Shown here in pieces: positions 30,280 to 40,203 of a stretch of 64,000 bases of DNA. The stretch is from a virus. The notes below the pieces were generated by a model. The model was not told where the DNA came from and searched no databases. It was given only the letters and a program-made list of their open reading frames with translations. Positions within the stretch are counted from its first letter, which is position 1; each line of letters opens with the position of its first letter. Location of the stretch: the IMG/VR virus record IMGVR_UViG_3300007863_000001, positions 35,693 through 99,692 of that record. The stretch is one strand, 5' to 3'. The position numbers and the translations under genes are program-made.

Positions 30280-31326
30280 ATGTTTGGCCAGTACTATTAC
30301 CACGAAATTATAAGAAAAACAATAATTTCCTTTGGGACTCTTTTTAATAACTTATACATTAAACATCAGGATGATAATGGTGCTGATGTCAGTTTAATGA
30401 AAGTTCCAATAGCATATGGTCCTGCTCAAAAATTTCTTGCCAGATTGGATGAAAAACCAGATTCAAGAAATAGAGTTTCTATTACTTATCCAAGAATGGC
30501 ATTTGAAATGACTTCTTTAACTTACGATAGTTCTAGAAAAGTATCAACTGTCCAGACATTTCATGCAAATAAATCAAATGGTGATGATGTAAAAGTTTAT
30601 ATGCCAGCACCTTACAATATAGGCATACAACTTAGTATTATGGTAAAGTACCAAGATGATGTACTTCAAATTGTAGAGCAGATACTACCAATGTTTCAAC
30701 CTCAGTTCAATGTAACTATAGATTTGGTTGATTCAATAGGTGAAAAAAAAGACATACCTTTTATTTTAAATAATATTGGAATGGTAGATAACTATGAGGG
30801 AGATTACAGTACGAGAAGAAATATAATTTATACATTAGATTTTACTGCTAAAGTTTCCATGTTTGGACCAATCTCGGATACTCCCGACCAAATCATTAAA
30901 AAGGTACAAGTTGATTATTATACTGATACTCAAAGAAATAATGCATCAAGGCAGTTAAGATACACTACAAAACCTAGAGCAATAAAAGATTACGATAAAG
31001 ATAAAACAACTACTTTGAGTTTAGATATAAATGATTCAGTTACTACAATTAATGTAAGTGATGCTGTATCACTAGTTGCTGATTCTTATATCCAGATAAA
31101 TCAAGAAGTTTTATACATAAAAGCAATTTCTGGTAACAGTTTAAATGTTCGGAGGGGAGAGAATAATACTATAGCATCTACTCATGAAGATGGTGATTTT
31201 ATCAATGCAATAACTGTTGCTGATAATGAACTAATTGAATATGGTGATGACTTTGGTTTCGATGAGGAAACATTTGATTTTGGTGATGGAAGATTCTATA
31301 GTCCCAATAAAGGTACTGATGTATGA
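30280..31326 (+). CDS. gp15: tail sheath stabiliser/terminator gp15
   Basis: YYHEIIRKTIISFGTLFN, VPIAYGPAQKFLAR, QIVEQILP. Confidence 0.92.
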   Translation: MFGQYYYHEIIRKTIISFGTLFNNLYIKHQDDNGADVSLMKVPIAYGPAQKFLARLDEKPDSRNRVSITYPRMAFEMTSLTYDSSRKVSTVQTFHANKSNGDDVKVYMPAPYNIGIQLSIMVKYQDDVLQIVEQILPMFQPQFNVTIDLVDSIGEKKDIPFILNNIGMVDNYEGDYSTRRNIIYTLDFTAKVSMFGPISDTPDQIIKKVQVDYYTDTQRNNASRQLRYTTKPRAIKDYDKDKTTTLSLDINDSVTTINVSDAVSLVADSYIQINQEVLYIKAISGNSLNVRRGENNTIASTHEDGDFINAITVADNELIEYGDDFGFDEETFDFGDGRFYSPNKGTDV

Positions 31327-31754
31327 TAAATAATTTTGATGCAATAAATGATTCTTTAGATATAGAAGCAACAGAAGTATCTACAGAAGTAGTAAAAAAA
31401 GAAAAAACTAATCCAAAAGAAGATGGTGTAGATTCAGAAAAAGATTATGGATATACTAGAGCACAATTATATAACTTAATTGATAAAGGGCAAGAGGCAA
31501 TAAATGGAATACTAGATATAGCACAGCAATCAGAATCACCAAGAGCATATGAAGTTGCTGGTCAATTAATTAAAAATGTTGCTGATATATCTGATAAATT
31601 ATTAGACCTTCAACAAAAGATGAAAAAATTGGATGAAGAAGATTCTAAAGGACCAAAAAATGTTACTACAAATAACACTATGTTTATTGGTTCAACTGCA
31701 GACTTACAAAAAATATTAAAACAAGGAATTAAGAATCAAGATGATTCTAAATAG
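31323..31754 (+). CDS. gp16: terminase small subunit gp16
   Basis: PRAYEVAGQLIK, FIGSTADLQK. Confidence 0.9.
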   Translation: MINNFDAINDSLDIEATEVSTEVVKKEKTNPKEDGVDSEKDYGYTRAQLYNLIDKGQEAINGILDIAQQSESPRAYEVAGQLIKNVADISDKLLDLQQKMKKLDEEDSKGPKNVTTNNTMFIGSTADLQKILKQGIKNQDDSK

Positions 31755-31770
31755 TTAAAAAGTTGCAAAA

Positions 31771-32745
31771 ATGAAATACTTTTCAGAATTTTTATATGAA
31801 TCCAACAAAAGTGGTGATAGTTCTTTGCGTGACTGGTTTAGCAAGAGTAGTTCTTCTGATGGCACCCCTGGTTGGGTTCAGCTTGGTGGAAAGTACGCAG
31901 GAAAACCCTGTGCGAAGCAACCAGGTCAAACAACCAAACCAAAGTGCGGTTCTAGTAAAATGAAAGCATCTCTTTCGGATGATGAAGAGAAAAAAGCATT
32001 TCGTAGAAAGAATCTTGCGGATCCTAATCCAAATAGAAAAGGGAAGGCAAAAAATGTTGCTACGGAAGAAATTGAATTAACAGATTCATATGGTGAAGTA
32101 ATTGGAAAAATAGAAGATAAAAAAATAGATGCTGAAGATAAAAATTTAGATACTGATTTTGATACTTATGATATTGAAGCAATGACTGAAGAAGATAAAA
32201 AAGATCATGAATTTTCGATGGCAAGGTCTCAACTAAAAACTTTAAAAAGTGCGGCAAATCGTCTTCAAAAAAAGATGGGCAAAACGGGTGAGGGTGAATT
32301 AAAAGCTTGGGTTCAATCAAAAATAACAAAAGCAACAGATTACATTGACACTGCAGCAGATTATGTAACTAATGAAGAAAAGGATGCTTGCTATCATAAA
32401 GTAAAGGCACGTTATTCTGTATGGCCTTCGGCATATGCATCAGGTGCTTTAGTTAAGTGTCGTAAGAAGGGTGCTAAGAACTGGGGAAATAAGACTAAGA
32501 AGGAAGAAGTGCAGTATGAAAACTATTCAAGAATACAATCTCGTGGCACGACTTATACTATAATGTTAAATTGGAGAGGGCAGATGCTTTCTGTCCAAAT
32601 GTTCTTCCCTAAATTCACTAGACCAACAAAGGAAGAAGTAACATTAGAGGTTAGAAAAATATATCCAGAAGCAAGGGTATTATCTTTCAACCCCTCAATG
32701 AAAGACCCAACTAAACCATTACTATATACAGGAGATACACAATGA
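31771..32745 (+). CDS. multi-module hypothetical protein with capsid-targeting-like N-terminus (putative internal head protein)
   Basis: MKYFSEFLYE resembles T4 internal-protein CTS; modules separated by xEE linkers. Confidence 0.6.
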   Translation: MKYFSEFLYESNKSGDSSLRDWFSKSSSSDGTPGWVQLGGKYAGKPCAKQPGQTTKPKCGSSKMKASLSDDEEKKAFRRKNLADPNPNRKGKAKNVATEEIELTDSYGEVIGKIEDKKIDAEDKNLDTDFDTYDIEAMTEEDKKDHEFSMARSQLKTLKSAANRLQKKMGKTGEGELKAWVQSKITKATDYIDTAADYVTNEEKDACYHKVKARYSVWPSAYASGALVKCRKKGAKNWGNKTKKEEVQYENYSRIQSRGTTYTIMLNWRGQMLSVQMFFPKFTRPTKEEVTLEVRKIYPEARVLSFNPSMKDPTKPLLYTGDTQ

Positions 32746-32921
32746 AACCTGAGGAAGTTGAATTAAAAAATCTTTCTAAGATTTTTGAATATGAAAAACT
32801 TTCAAGAGAAGTTGATACATGTAATGACATTGATGAAATACGAAATGTTGCAAAATCATATATTAAACTACTCCTTAAGTTTCAAGAAACTGTATCGAAT
32901 ATGAATTTTAAAGATTTATAA
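32742..32921 (+). CDS. 59-aa helical protein, possibly NblA-like (not in ORF track)
   Basis: GGAG RBS at 32731, ATGA overlap; MKPEEVELKNLSKIFEYEKLSREVDTCNDIDEIRNVAKSYIKLLLKFQETVSNMNFKDL. ORF itself well supported, NblA call tentative. Confidence 0.6.
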   Translation: MKPEEVELKNLSKIFEYEKLSREVDTCNDIDEIRNVAKSYIKLLLKFQETVSNMNFKDL

Positions 32922-32924
32922 TTT

Positions 32925-34580
32925 ATGGCTGAAAAGCATTATAAGGGTAATCCCAATCTAAAAGCAGAAAATGTTCAAATAGAGTTTACGACTGATCAAG
33001 TACAAGAGTACTTAAGATGTAAGCAAGACCCTGTTTATTTTGCTGTTAACTATATAAAAATTGTATCACTTGATGAAGGATTGGTTCCTTTTGATATGTA
33101 CGATTTTCAGAAAAATTTAATTGAAAATTTTCATAATAATAGATTTAATATTGCTAAATTACCTCGTCAGACTGGTAAGTCAACTACGGTTATTTCATAT
33201 TTACTTCATTATGCTTTATTTAATGATAATATTAGAATTGCTATTCTAGCAAACAAAGCAGAAACTGCTAGAGAACTTCTAGGAAGATTGCAATTATCAT
33301 ATGAAAATTTACCCAAGTGGTTGCAGCAAGGTGTTGGTTCTTGGAATAAAGGTTCTTTAGAATTAGAAAATGGAAGTAAGATTATAGCAGCATCCACATC
33401 AAGTTCTGCTGTTCGTGGTAATTCATTTAATATTATTTTCTTGGACGAATTTGCATTCATCCCAAATCACATTGCAGAACAATTTTTCTCCTCTGTATAT
33501 CCAACTATTTCATCAGGTAAAACTACTAAAGTTATTATCATATCAACTCCCAATGGGATGAATATGTTTTATAAACTTTGGCATGATGCTGAAAGAAAAA
33601 AGAATGGATATATTCCATTGGAAGTTCATTGGAGTGCCGTTCCGGGGAGGGACACCGCATGGAAAGATGAGACCATAAGGAATACATCACAAAGGCAGTT
33701 TACACAAGAATTTGAATGTGAGTTCTTAGGTTCCGTTGATACGTTGATTACACCTTCTAAGTTAAGGTCAATGGTTTACACTGATCCAATATCTAGAAAT
33801 AAAGGATTGGATGTCTATGAGCAACCAAAGGAAAATAGAAATTATATGATTACTGTTGATGTTGCCAGAGGAACTGGTAAGGATTATTCGGCATTCGTTG
33901 TTTTTGATATAACAACATTTCCATATACAGTAGTAGCAAAATATAGGAATAATGAGATAAAGCCAATGCTTTTCCCGTCAATTATAGACAAGGTAGGAAG
34001 AGCATATAATAAGTCATTTATTCTTGTTGAAGTTAATGATATTGGAGAGCAGGTATCAAGCATACTCCAGTATGATTTAGAATATGAAAATTTATTGATG
34101 TGCTCAATGAGGGGCAGAGCAGGGCAATTAGTTGGGCAAGGTTTTTCAGGAAAAAAATCTCAACTTGGTGTTAAGATGTCCAAAACTGTCAAAAAGATTG
34201 GATGCTCTAATTTAAAGACTATTATTGAAGATGATAAATTAATTATCAGTGATTATGATGTTATAAGTGAATTGACAACCTTCATTCAAAAGACTGGTTC
34301 CTTTGAAGCAGAAGATGGTTGTAATGATGACCTTGCGATGTGTCTTGTAATTTTTTCATGGTTGGTCGTTCAAGATTACTTCAAAGAGATGACAGATAAT
34401 GATGTCAGAAAAAGAATCTATGACGAACAACGTAATCAGATAGAACAAGACATGGCTCCTTTTGGTTTTATGGATGATGGTATGGGTGATGATACCTTTG
34501 TTGATGCTCAAGGTGATCGTTGGTCGAATGCATCAGTTGGTGAGTATGGTGATACTTCATATATGTGGGATTATAATTAA
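32925..34580 (+). CDS. gp17: terminase large subunit gp17
   Basis: Walker A PRQTGKST, Walker B IFLDEFAF, nuclease TVDVARG..DYSAF, NDDLAM. Confidence 0.97.
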   Translation: MAEKHYKGNPNLKAENVQIEFTTDQVQEYLRCKQDPVYFAVNYIKIVSLDEGLVPFDMYDFQKNLIENFHNNRFNIAKLPRQTGKSTTVISYLLHYALFNDNIRIAILANKAETARELLGRLQLSYENLPKWLQQGVGSWNKGSLELENGSKIIAASTSSSAVRGNSFNIIFLDEFAFIPNHIAEQFFSSVYPTISSGKTTKVIIISTPNGMNMFYKLWHDAERKKNGYIPLEVHWSAVPGRDTAWKDETIRNTSQRQFTQEFECEFLGSVDTLITPSKLRSMVYTDPISRNKGLDVYEQPKENRNYMITVDVARGTGKDYSAFVVFDITTFPYTVVAKYRNNEIKPMLFPSIIDKVGRAYNKSFILVEVNDIGEQVSSILQYDLEYENLLMCSMRGRAGQLVGQGFSGKKSQLGVKMSKTVKKIGCSNLKTIIEDDKLIISDYDVISELTTFIQKTGSFEAEDGCNDDLAMCLVIFSWLVVQDYFKEMTDNDVRKRIYDEQRNQIEQDMAPFGFMDDGMGDDTFVDAQGDRWSNASVGEYGDTSYMWDYN

Positions 34581-34822
34581 TGAACATGGAAGAAAATTTT
34601 GGTATAGATAATCTATTTTTATCAGTAAGGAAATGTAGAGTTTGTTCTGAAACAAAAGATCTAATGGATAGTTTCTATCTAACTCATAAAAAATCTACAG
34701 ATGCTGAATCTGCATACTCATACGAGTGTAAAGAATGTACAAAAATTAGAATTTCTAGAAATAAAAGATTAAAACACTCAAAAAAAAATATACCATTGTC
34801 TTCCGATTATCCAGACTGGTAG
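34580..34822 (+). CDS. small Zn-finger protein (CxxC...CxxC)
   Basis: RKCRVC..YSYECKEC, ends YPDW; usual position after gp17 in cyanophages. Confidence 0.75.
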   Translation: MNMEENFGIDNLFLSVRKCRVCSETKDLMDSFYLTHKKSTDAESAYSYECKECTKIRISRNKRLKHSKKNIPLSSDYPDW

Positions 34823-34860
34823 TAGTTTCCCGAAGTTTCCCTGTTTTAGAAGTACTAATT

Positions 34861-34868
34861 TATAAATA
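34861..34868 (+). promoter_or_regulatory. T4-type late promoter
   Basis: TATAAATA upstream of gp18. Confidence 0.85.
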
Positions 34869-34907
34869 TTATTAGATTAACTGAATTTCTTCAGAGGGGA
34901 AAAAAAC

Positions 34908-37307
34908 ATGACAGTAAATTTAGCGTCACCTGGTGTAAGTGTAAGGGAAGTTGATTTAACCACAGGCAGAATCGATGGTGTATCTGCTCAAGTTGGTGCG
35001 ATTACTGGTCCTTTCCAAAAAGGACCAGTAAATGTTCCAGTACTAATAGAAACAGAGTCCGATTTAATTGATGTATTTGGAAAACCAACAACTAAAGATG
35101 CACAAAATACTTTTTGGCTAAGTGCTTCAAACTTTCTTTCTTATGGTGGTGTACTTCGTGTTGTTAGAGTAGATGGAGATACACTGTTAACGGCAAATAG
35201 TGCATCTCTGAGTACTCTAAAAATTGATTCCGTAGAAGATTTTGATACCAATCATACAAATGATACTACCTGGGAATTTGCAGCAAAAACTCCAGGAACC
35301 TGGGCAAATGGTATAAAAGTTTGCGTAATTGATAGTTTTGCAGATCAAACAATTTCTGGAATTGCAACTGTAGCAACTGTAGTTACTACATCTAATGCTG
35401 TAGCAACATTAACCGGTGATATCGGAATTGCAGCAACAACCATTACTGGAATTTCTACGGCATTGCTTGCTGTATCTGATTCTGTAAGCAACTCTAATCT
35501 TACTAGTGGTGGGGGTGTTATCACATCAATCGGTTCATCTTCCATAGTTTTAAGAGCACAAGACGTATCTACAAACGTTTCACCTTTAACAGGTGAAAGT
35601 TTTGATTTTACTAGATCTGTAACTACAACAACACCCACAAATTTACAAGTGGGTCAATCAGTAGTTCAGGGCATAACAGGAAGTGAAGCAGGAACTGCTG
35701 GTCAAGTTGTGCAGTATGATGGTTACATACGTGGAATTATTACAGGACTTGGTGACGAGGAAATGTATGTAAGAGTCACCGATAGATATAAACAGGATAA
35801 TAATAATGTAAAGAGTAATTTTGAAAAAATTTCCTATAAAGAAAATTCTCCAACAAAATCATTCATTTCAGGGTCTAGCATCCTTAATATTGTAACTGAT
35901 GCTGGGGCAACTACTGCTAGTTTTCCTTCTGCTGAATCTACTATATCTGATTGGTATAATTCTCAAACATTAGATATAACTAATTCAACAGTTTATTGGA
36001 AGTCAATTGCACCAAAACCAATAACTTCTGAATATGCTACAGAAAGAAGTTCAAAAAATGATAGTTTGCATGTGATTCTTATTGATGATAGTGGAAAAGT
36101 TACTGGAACAGCATCAAACATATTAGAAAAGCATACATTCGTATCTAAAGCATCTGATGCAAGAGTATCTCCTTATCAGGGAGTTTATGTAAAAAATTAT
36201 ATTAAAACATATTCTGCATTTGTATACAATGGATATCTATCATCATCCATTGCTTCTGATTTAGTTGCATCAGGAGATACATTTAGTCTTACTTCTGGTC
36301 TTTTTGGTACTGAAGCACAATCAACTACTTTTAATGTTATCGGAAATAAGTCATACACATTATCTAGTGGATTTGATTACTCCACAGATGGTGGCATGGA
36401 TGCAACTTTAGGAAATATTAATGCTGGTTATGAACTGTTTAGAAATCCTGCTGAGTTTGATGTAAACTTCTTAATTATGGGACCTTCTGGTGGTGATACT
36501 GTTTACCAATCTCAGGCAAAAGCAAATCTTCTTATTAGCATTGCTGAAGAAAGAAAGGATTGTATTGCATGTATTTCACCACACAAAGCTGATGTAGTTA
36601 ATATTACATCATCTAACGATCAAACAACTAACATAATTAATTTCTTTGACCCAATTTCATCTTCTTCATATGCTGTACTTGATAGTGGAATCAAGTACAC
36701 ATTAGATAGATTTAATAATGAATTCGTTTACATGGAGTGCAATTCAGATATTGCTGGTCTGATGGCAAGAACAGCAATTGACCAATATCCTTGGTTCTCA
36801 CCTGCAGGTCCAAATAGAGGCACAATTAATAATGCAATTAAACTTGCATATAATCCTTCTCAACTTCAAAGAGATGAGTTATATACTAAGAGAATCAATC
36901 CAGTTATTTCTGCTTCAGGTCAAGGAATAATTTTATTTGGTGATAAAACCGCACTTTCTTATGGATCTGCTTTTGATAGAATCAATGTTCGTAGACTATT
37001 CCTCACAATAGAGAGGGCAATTGCCAAGGCATCTAGAGCTCAATTATTTGAATTTAACGATGAAGTTACTAGAACAAACTTTATTAACATTGTTGAGCCT
37101 TACCTTCGTGACATTAAAGCAAAGAGGGGTGTTTCAGAATTCTTAGTTGTCTGCGATAGGTCAAATAATACACCTGCAGTGATAGATAGTAATGAATTAG
37201 TTGCTGATATTTTTGTAAAACCTGCCCGTTCAATCAACTTTATTGGACTAACATTTGTTGCTACACGCAGTGGTGTTAGCTTTACTGAAGTTGTCGGTAA
37301 TGTCTGA
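34908..37307 (+). CDS. gp18: tail sheath protein gp18
   Basis: SPGVSVREVDLT, PWFSPAG..RG, FDRINVRRLF, KPARSINFI. Confidence 0.97.
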   Translation: MTVNLASPGVSVREVDLTTGRIDGVSAQVGAITGPFQKGPVNVPVLIETESDLIDVFGKPTTKDAQNTFWLSASNFLSYGGVLRVVRVDGDTLLTANSASLSTLKIDSVEDFDTNHTNDTTWEFAAKTPGTWANGIKVCVIDSFADQTISGIATVATVVTTSNAVATLTGDIGIAATTITGISTALLAVSDSVSNSNLTSGGGVITSIGSSSIVLRAQDVSTNVSPLTGESFDFTRSVTTTTPTNLQVGQSVVQGITGSEAGTAGQVVQYDGYIRGIITGLGDEEMYVRVTDRYKQDNNNVKSNFEKISYKENSPTKSFISGSSILNIVTDAGATTASFPSAESTISDWYNSQTLDITNSTVYWKSIAPKPITSEYATERSSKNDSLHVILIDDSGKVTGTASNILEKHTFVSKASDARVSPYQGVYVKNYIKTYSAFVYNGYLSSSIASDLVASGDTFSLTSGLFGTEAQSTTFNVIGNKSYTLSSGFDYSTDGGMDATLGNINAGYELFRNPAEFDVNFLIMGPSGGDTVYQSQAKANLLISIAEERKDCIACISPHKADVVNITSSNDQTTNIINFFDPISSSSYAVLDSGIKYTLDRFNNEFVYMECNSDIAGLMARTAIDQYPWFSPAGPNRGTINNAIKLAYNPSQLQRDELYTKRINPVISASGQGIILFGDKTALSYGSAFDRINVRRLFLTIERAIAKASRAQLFEFNDEVTRTNFINIVEPYLRDIKAKRGVSEFLVVCDRSNNTPAVIDSNELVADIFVKPARSINFIGLTFVATRSGVSFTEVVGNV

Positions 37308-37356
37308 TTTTTTTTCGTAATATCCAATGTTTTAATTAAAGTAAAGGTAACTAAAA

Positions 37357-38010
37357 ATGTCCAACTCAAACACAACAAACACTCCAACCTATAGTTCCAG
37401 AACACTTACCGACTTCAAATCAAGATTAGTTGGTGGTGGTGCAAGACCCAATTTATTTGAATGCGAAGTTCAATTTCCAGCAGGTCTTACTGATGTTCAG
37501 GTAGATGATGATTTCAGATTTATGATTAAAGCAGCACAAATGCCTGCTTCTAATGTAAATGTTATTGATATTCCATTCAGAGGAAGAAATCTAAAGATTG
37601 CTGGTGATAGAACATTCGATCCTTGGACAATCACTGTAATTAATGACACCAACTTCAAAATCAGAGATGCATTTGAAATGTGGATGAATTTCATCAACCG
37701 TCATGACGATAATGCAGGTGTTATCACTCCTGCTGCTTATCAGACAGAAATGATTGTTCGTCAACTTGGAAGAGGAACTCCTGCAGCAGATTCTACTTCT
37801 GGTGCATTACCTTCAACTTCGGATACAATGCCTGTCCTTAAGGTTTATAAGTTCTACGGAACTTTCCCAACTAATGTCAGTGCAATTGAACTATCATATG
37901 ATGCTGCTGACTCTGTTGAAGAATTTACAGTTGACTTACAAGTTCAGTGGTGGGATGCTCTAAGGGGTTCTGATGAGTCCACCATTTTAGGTACAAGTGA
38001 GACCACATAA
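37357..38010 (+). CDS. gp19: tail tube protein gp19
   Basis: GGGARPNLF, FRGRNLKIAGDRTFDPWTIT. Confidence 0.95.
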   Translation: MSNSNTTNTPTYSSRTLTDFKSRLVGGGARPNLFECEVQFPAGLTDVQVDDDFRFMIKAAQMPASNVNVIDIPFRGRNLKIAGDRTFDPWTITVINDTNFKIRDAFEMWMNFINRHDDNAGVITPAAYQTEMIVRQLGRGTPAADSTSGALPSTSDTMPVLKVYKFYGTFPTNVSAIELSYDAADSVEEFTVDLQVQWWDALRGSDESTILGTSETT

Positions 38011-38036
38011 ATACTAAAAAGGTCTAGTATATTAAA

Positions 38037-39698
38037 ATGCCTAAATTATTTGGTTTTAAATTTGATGGTGGGGAGAGCAACAAAAATACTAAAGTTGTCT
38101 CTCCCATTATTTCTAATGATGAAGATAAATCAAATTACTTTGTTTCTAGTGGATTCTATGGTCAATATGTTGATATTGAAGGAGTCTATAAAAACGAGCA
38201 AGATTTAATAAGAAGATATAGAGAAATGGCACTACACCCAGAGTGTGATAGTGCAATTGAAGATATTGTTGATGAAGCAATTGTATCTGATTTACATGAT
38301 TCACCAGTAGAACTAGAACTTTCTAATCTACCTGCATCGGATAAATTAAAGCAGGCTATTAGAGACGAGTTTAAATACATTAAAGAAATCATGGACTTTG
38401 ATAAGAAGTCTCATGAAATTTTTAGGAACTGGTATGTTGATGGAAGAATCTATTATCATAAGGTAATAGATATGAAAAATCCACAAGATGGAATCAAAGA
38501 AGTAAGATATGTTGATCCACTAAAGATAAAGTTAATTAGAAAACTAAAAAGTGATAAAAAAACAGTAGAAGCTGCTATAAGAAGCTCATTGACAAACAAT
38601 GATAATACAGAGATGGTAAATCCAGAAATGGAAGAATACTATCAGTATGATCCATCTCCTGGTTCTGGATTATCAGTTGGAATGAATTATAATTCAAAAT
38701 CAAAATCAGTTAAATTATCAAAAGATTCAATTAGTCATGTAACATCTGGACTAGTAGATAGAAATAAGCAAACTGTCTTATCATATCTCCATAAAGCAAT
38801 CAAGTCTCTCAATCAATTAAGAATGATTGAAGACTCACTTGTAATTTATAGAATATCTAGAGCACCAGAACGCAGAATTTTTTACATTGACGTTGGTAAT
38901 CTTCCAAAGATTAAAGCAGAACAATACTTGCGTGACGTAATGAATCGTTATAGAAATAAGTTAGTCTATAATGCTGATACTGGTGAAGTTAAAGATGATA
39001 GAAAATATATGGCAATGCTTGAGGATTTTTGGCTTCCTCGTCGTGAAGGTGGTAGAGGAACTGAAATCACTACTCTACCTGGTGGACAAAACCTCGGTGA
39101 GCTAGCAGATATTGAGTACTTCCAGAAAAAACTTTTCCGTTCACTTAATGTTCCTGAAACTAGAACTAATGGTAGCAGTGGTTTTAGTTTAGGACGTTCA
39201 TCAGAAATTCTAAGAGATGAAGTTAGATTTACAAAATTTGTAGGTAGATTGCGTAAGAGATTTACCTCACTGTTTAATGATATGCTGAAAACTCAGCTAA
39301 TACTAAAGAATATTGTTTCTCTAGATGATTGGGAAAAGTTATCTGATCATATTCAGTATGATTTCTTATATGATAATCATTTTGCCGAACTAAAAGAAAC
39401 AGAAATTCTTAATGATAAGTTAGCAGCAGTTGGTTCTATTGAACCATATCTTGGCAAATATTTCTCATTAGAATATGTAAAGACTAAGATTCTTAAGCAG
39501 ACTGATTCTGAAATTATAGAAATTGGCAAACAAATGGATAAAGAAATTAGTGATGGTATGGTATTAGATCCAAAAATCACTGTTCAATCACAAATCCCAC
39601 AGGAAGAACCAATGCCAGAACAACAACCTGGAGTAAGTTCTGGTGATATGGGTCAACAAATCATGGAACCAGATGCGGGAAATACGGGAGAGATATAA
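38037..39698 (+). CDS. gp20: portal protein gp20
   Basis: YRISRAPERRIFYIDVGNLP, EDFWLPRREGGRGTEITTLPGG. Confidence 0.97.
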   Translation: MPKLFGFKFDGGESNKNTKVVSPIISNDEDKSNYFVSSGFYGQYVDIEGVYKNEQDLIRRYREMALHPECDSAIEDIVDEAIVSDLHDSPVELELSNLPASDKLKQAIRDEFKYIKEIMDFDKKSHEIFRNWYVDGRIYYHKVIDMKNPQDGIKEVRYVDPLKIKLIRKLKSDKKTVEAAIRSSLTNNDNTEMVNPEMEEYYQYDPSPGSGLSVGMNYNSKSKSVKLSKDSISHVTSGLVDRNKQTVLSYLHKAIKSLNQLRMIEDSLVIYRISRAPERRIFYIDVGNLPKIKAEQYLRDVMNRYRNKLVYNADTGEVKDDRKYMAMLEDFWLPRREGGRGTEITTLPGGQNLGELADIEYFQKKLFRSLNVPETRTNGSSGFSLGRSSEILRDEVRFTKFVGRLRKRFTSLFNDMLKTQLILKNIVSLDDWEKLSDHIQYDFLYDNHFAELKETEILNDKLAAVGSIEPYLGKYFSLEYVKTKILKQTDSEIIEIGKQMDKEISDGMVLDPKITVQSQIPQEEPMPEQQPGVSSGDMGQQIMEPDAGNTGEI

Positions 39699-39701
39699 AT
39701 A
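39694..39701 (+). promoter_or_regulatory. T4-type late promoter overlapping gp20 stop
   Basis: TATAAATA. Confidence 0.75.
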
Positions 39702-39728
39702 ATTTTTAGTTAACTAACTTTAATTAAA

Positions 39729-39920
39729 ATGGATAACTTAATTGATTTGATTGCATCTGGTGATTCTGTCGAAGCAAGTGATGCAATCAAAGATACATTG
39801 ATGAAAAAAGCAATGGAAAGGATTGAAACAATCAGACCGGCAGTTGTTTCTCAAATGTTCGACTTAGAAAACGAAGTTGAATCAGAATCCTCTTCTGATG
39901 TGGGACAAGAAGAAGAGTAA
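39729..39920 (+). CDS. small acidic prohead core protein (gp67-like position)
   Basis: Synteny after gp20; helical, acidic tail. Confidence 0.6.
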   Translation: MDNLIDLIASGDSVEASDAIKDTLMKKAMERIETIRPAVVSQMFDLENEVESESSSDVGQEEE

Positions 39921-39959
39921 TGATAATCATAAATAAATAATAAGACTCACTTTAGGATA

Positions 39960-40202
39960 ATGATAATCAAGCCTTTAAATACTGAGAGTGCCGCTACTGT
40001 TGCTGCAATTACTGCATCTAGAGTAGTACGTTTGGTTAATACACATGCATCAGATCCATCAGTTATTACAATTGCAAATACTGCATCAGCATCTATGACT
40101 TTACTTGCTCAAAGTAGTGAAGTTATAGAGAAAGATATTGGTGCAGCAATTTCAGTAGCAGGTGGAACTGTCGTAGCAACCCCAGTAGCATTTACTAACT
40201 AA
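39960..40202 (+). CDS. hypothetical head-associated protein
   Basis: Between gp20 and gp21; beta-rich 80 aa. Confidence 0.6.
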   Translation: MIIKPLNTESAATVAAITASRVVRLVNTHASDPSVITIANTASASMTLLAQSSEVIEKDIGAAISVAGGTVVATPVAFTN

Positions 40203-40203
40203 A

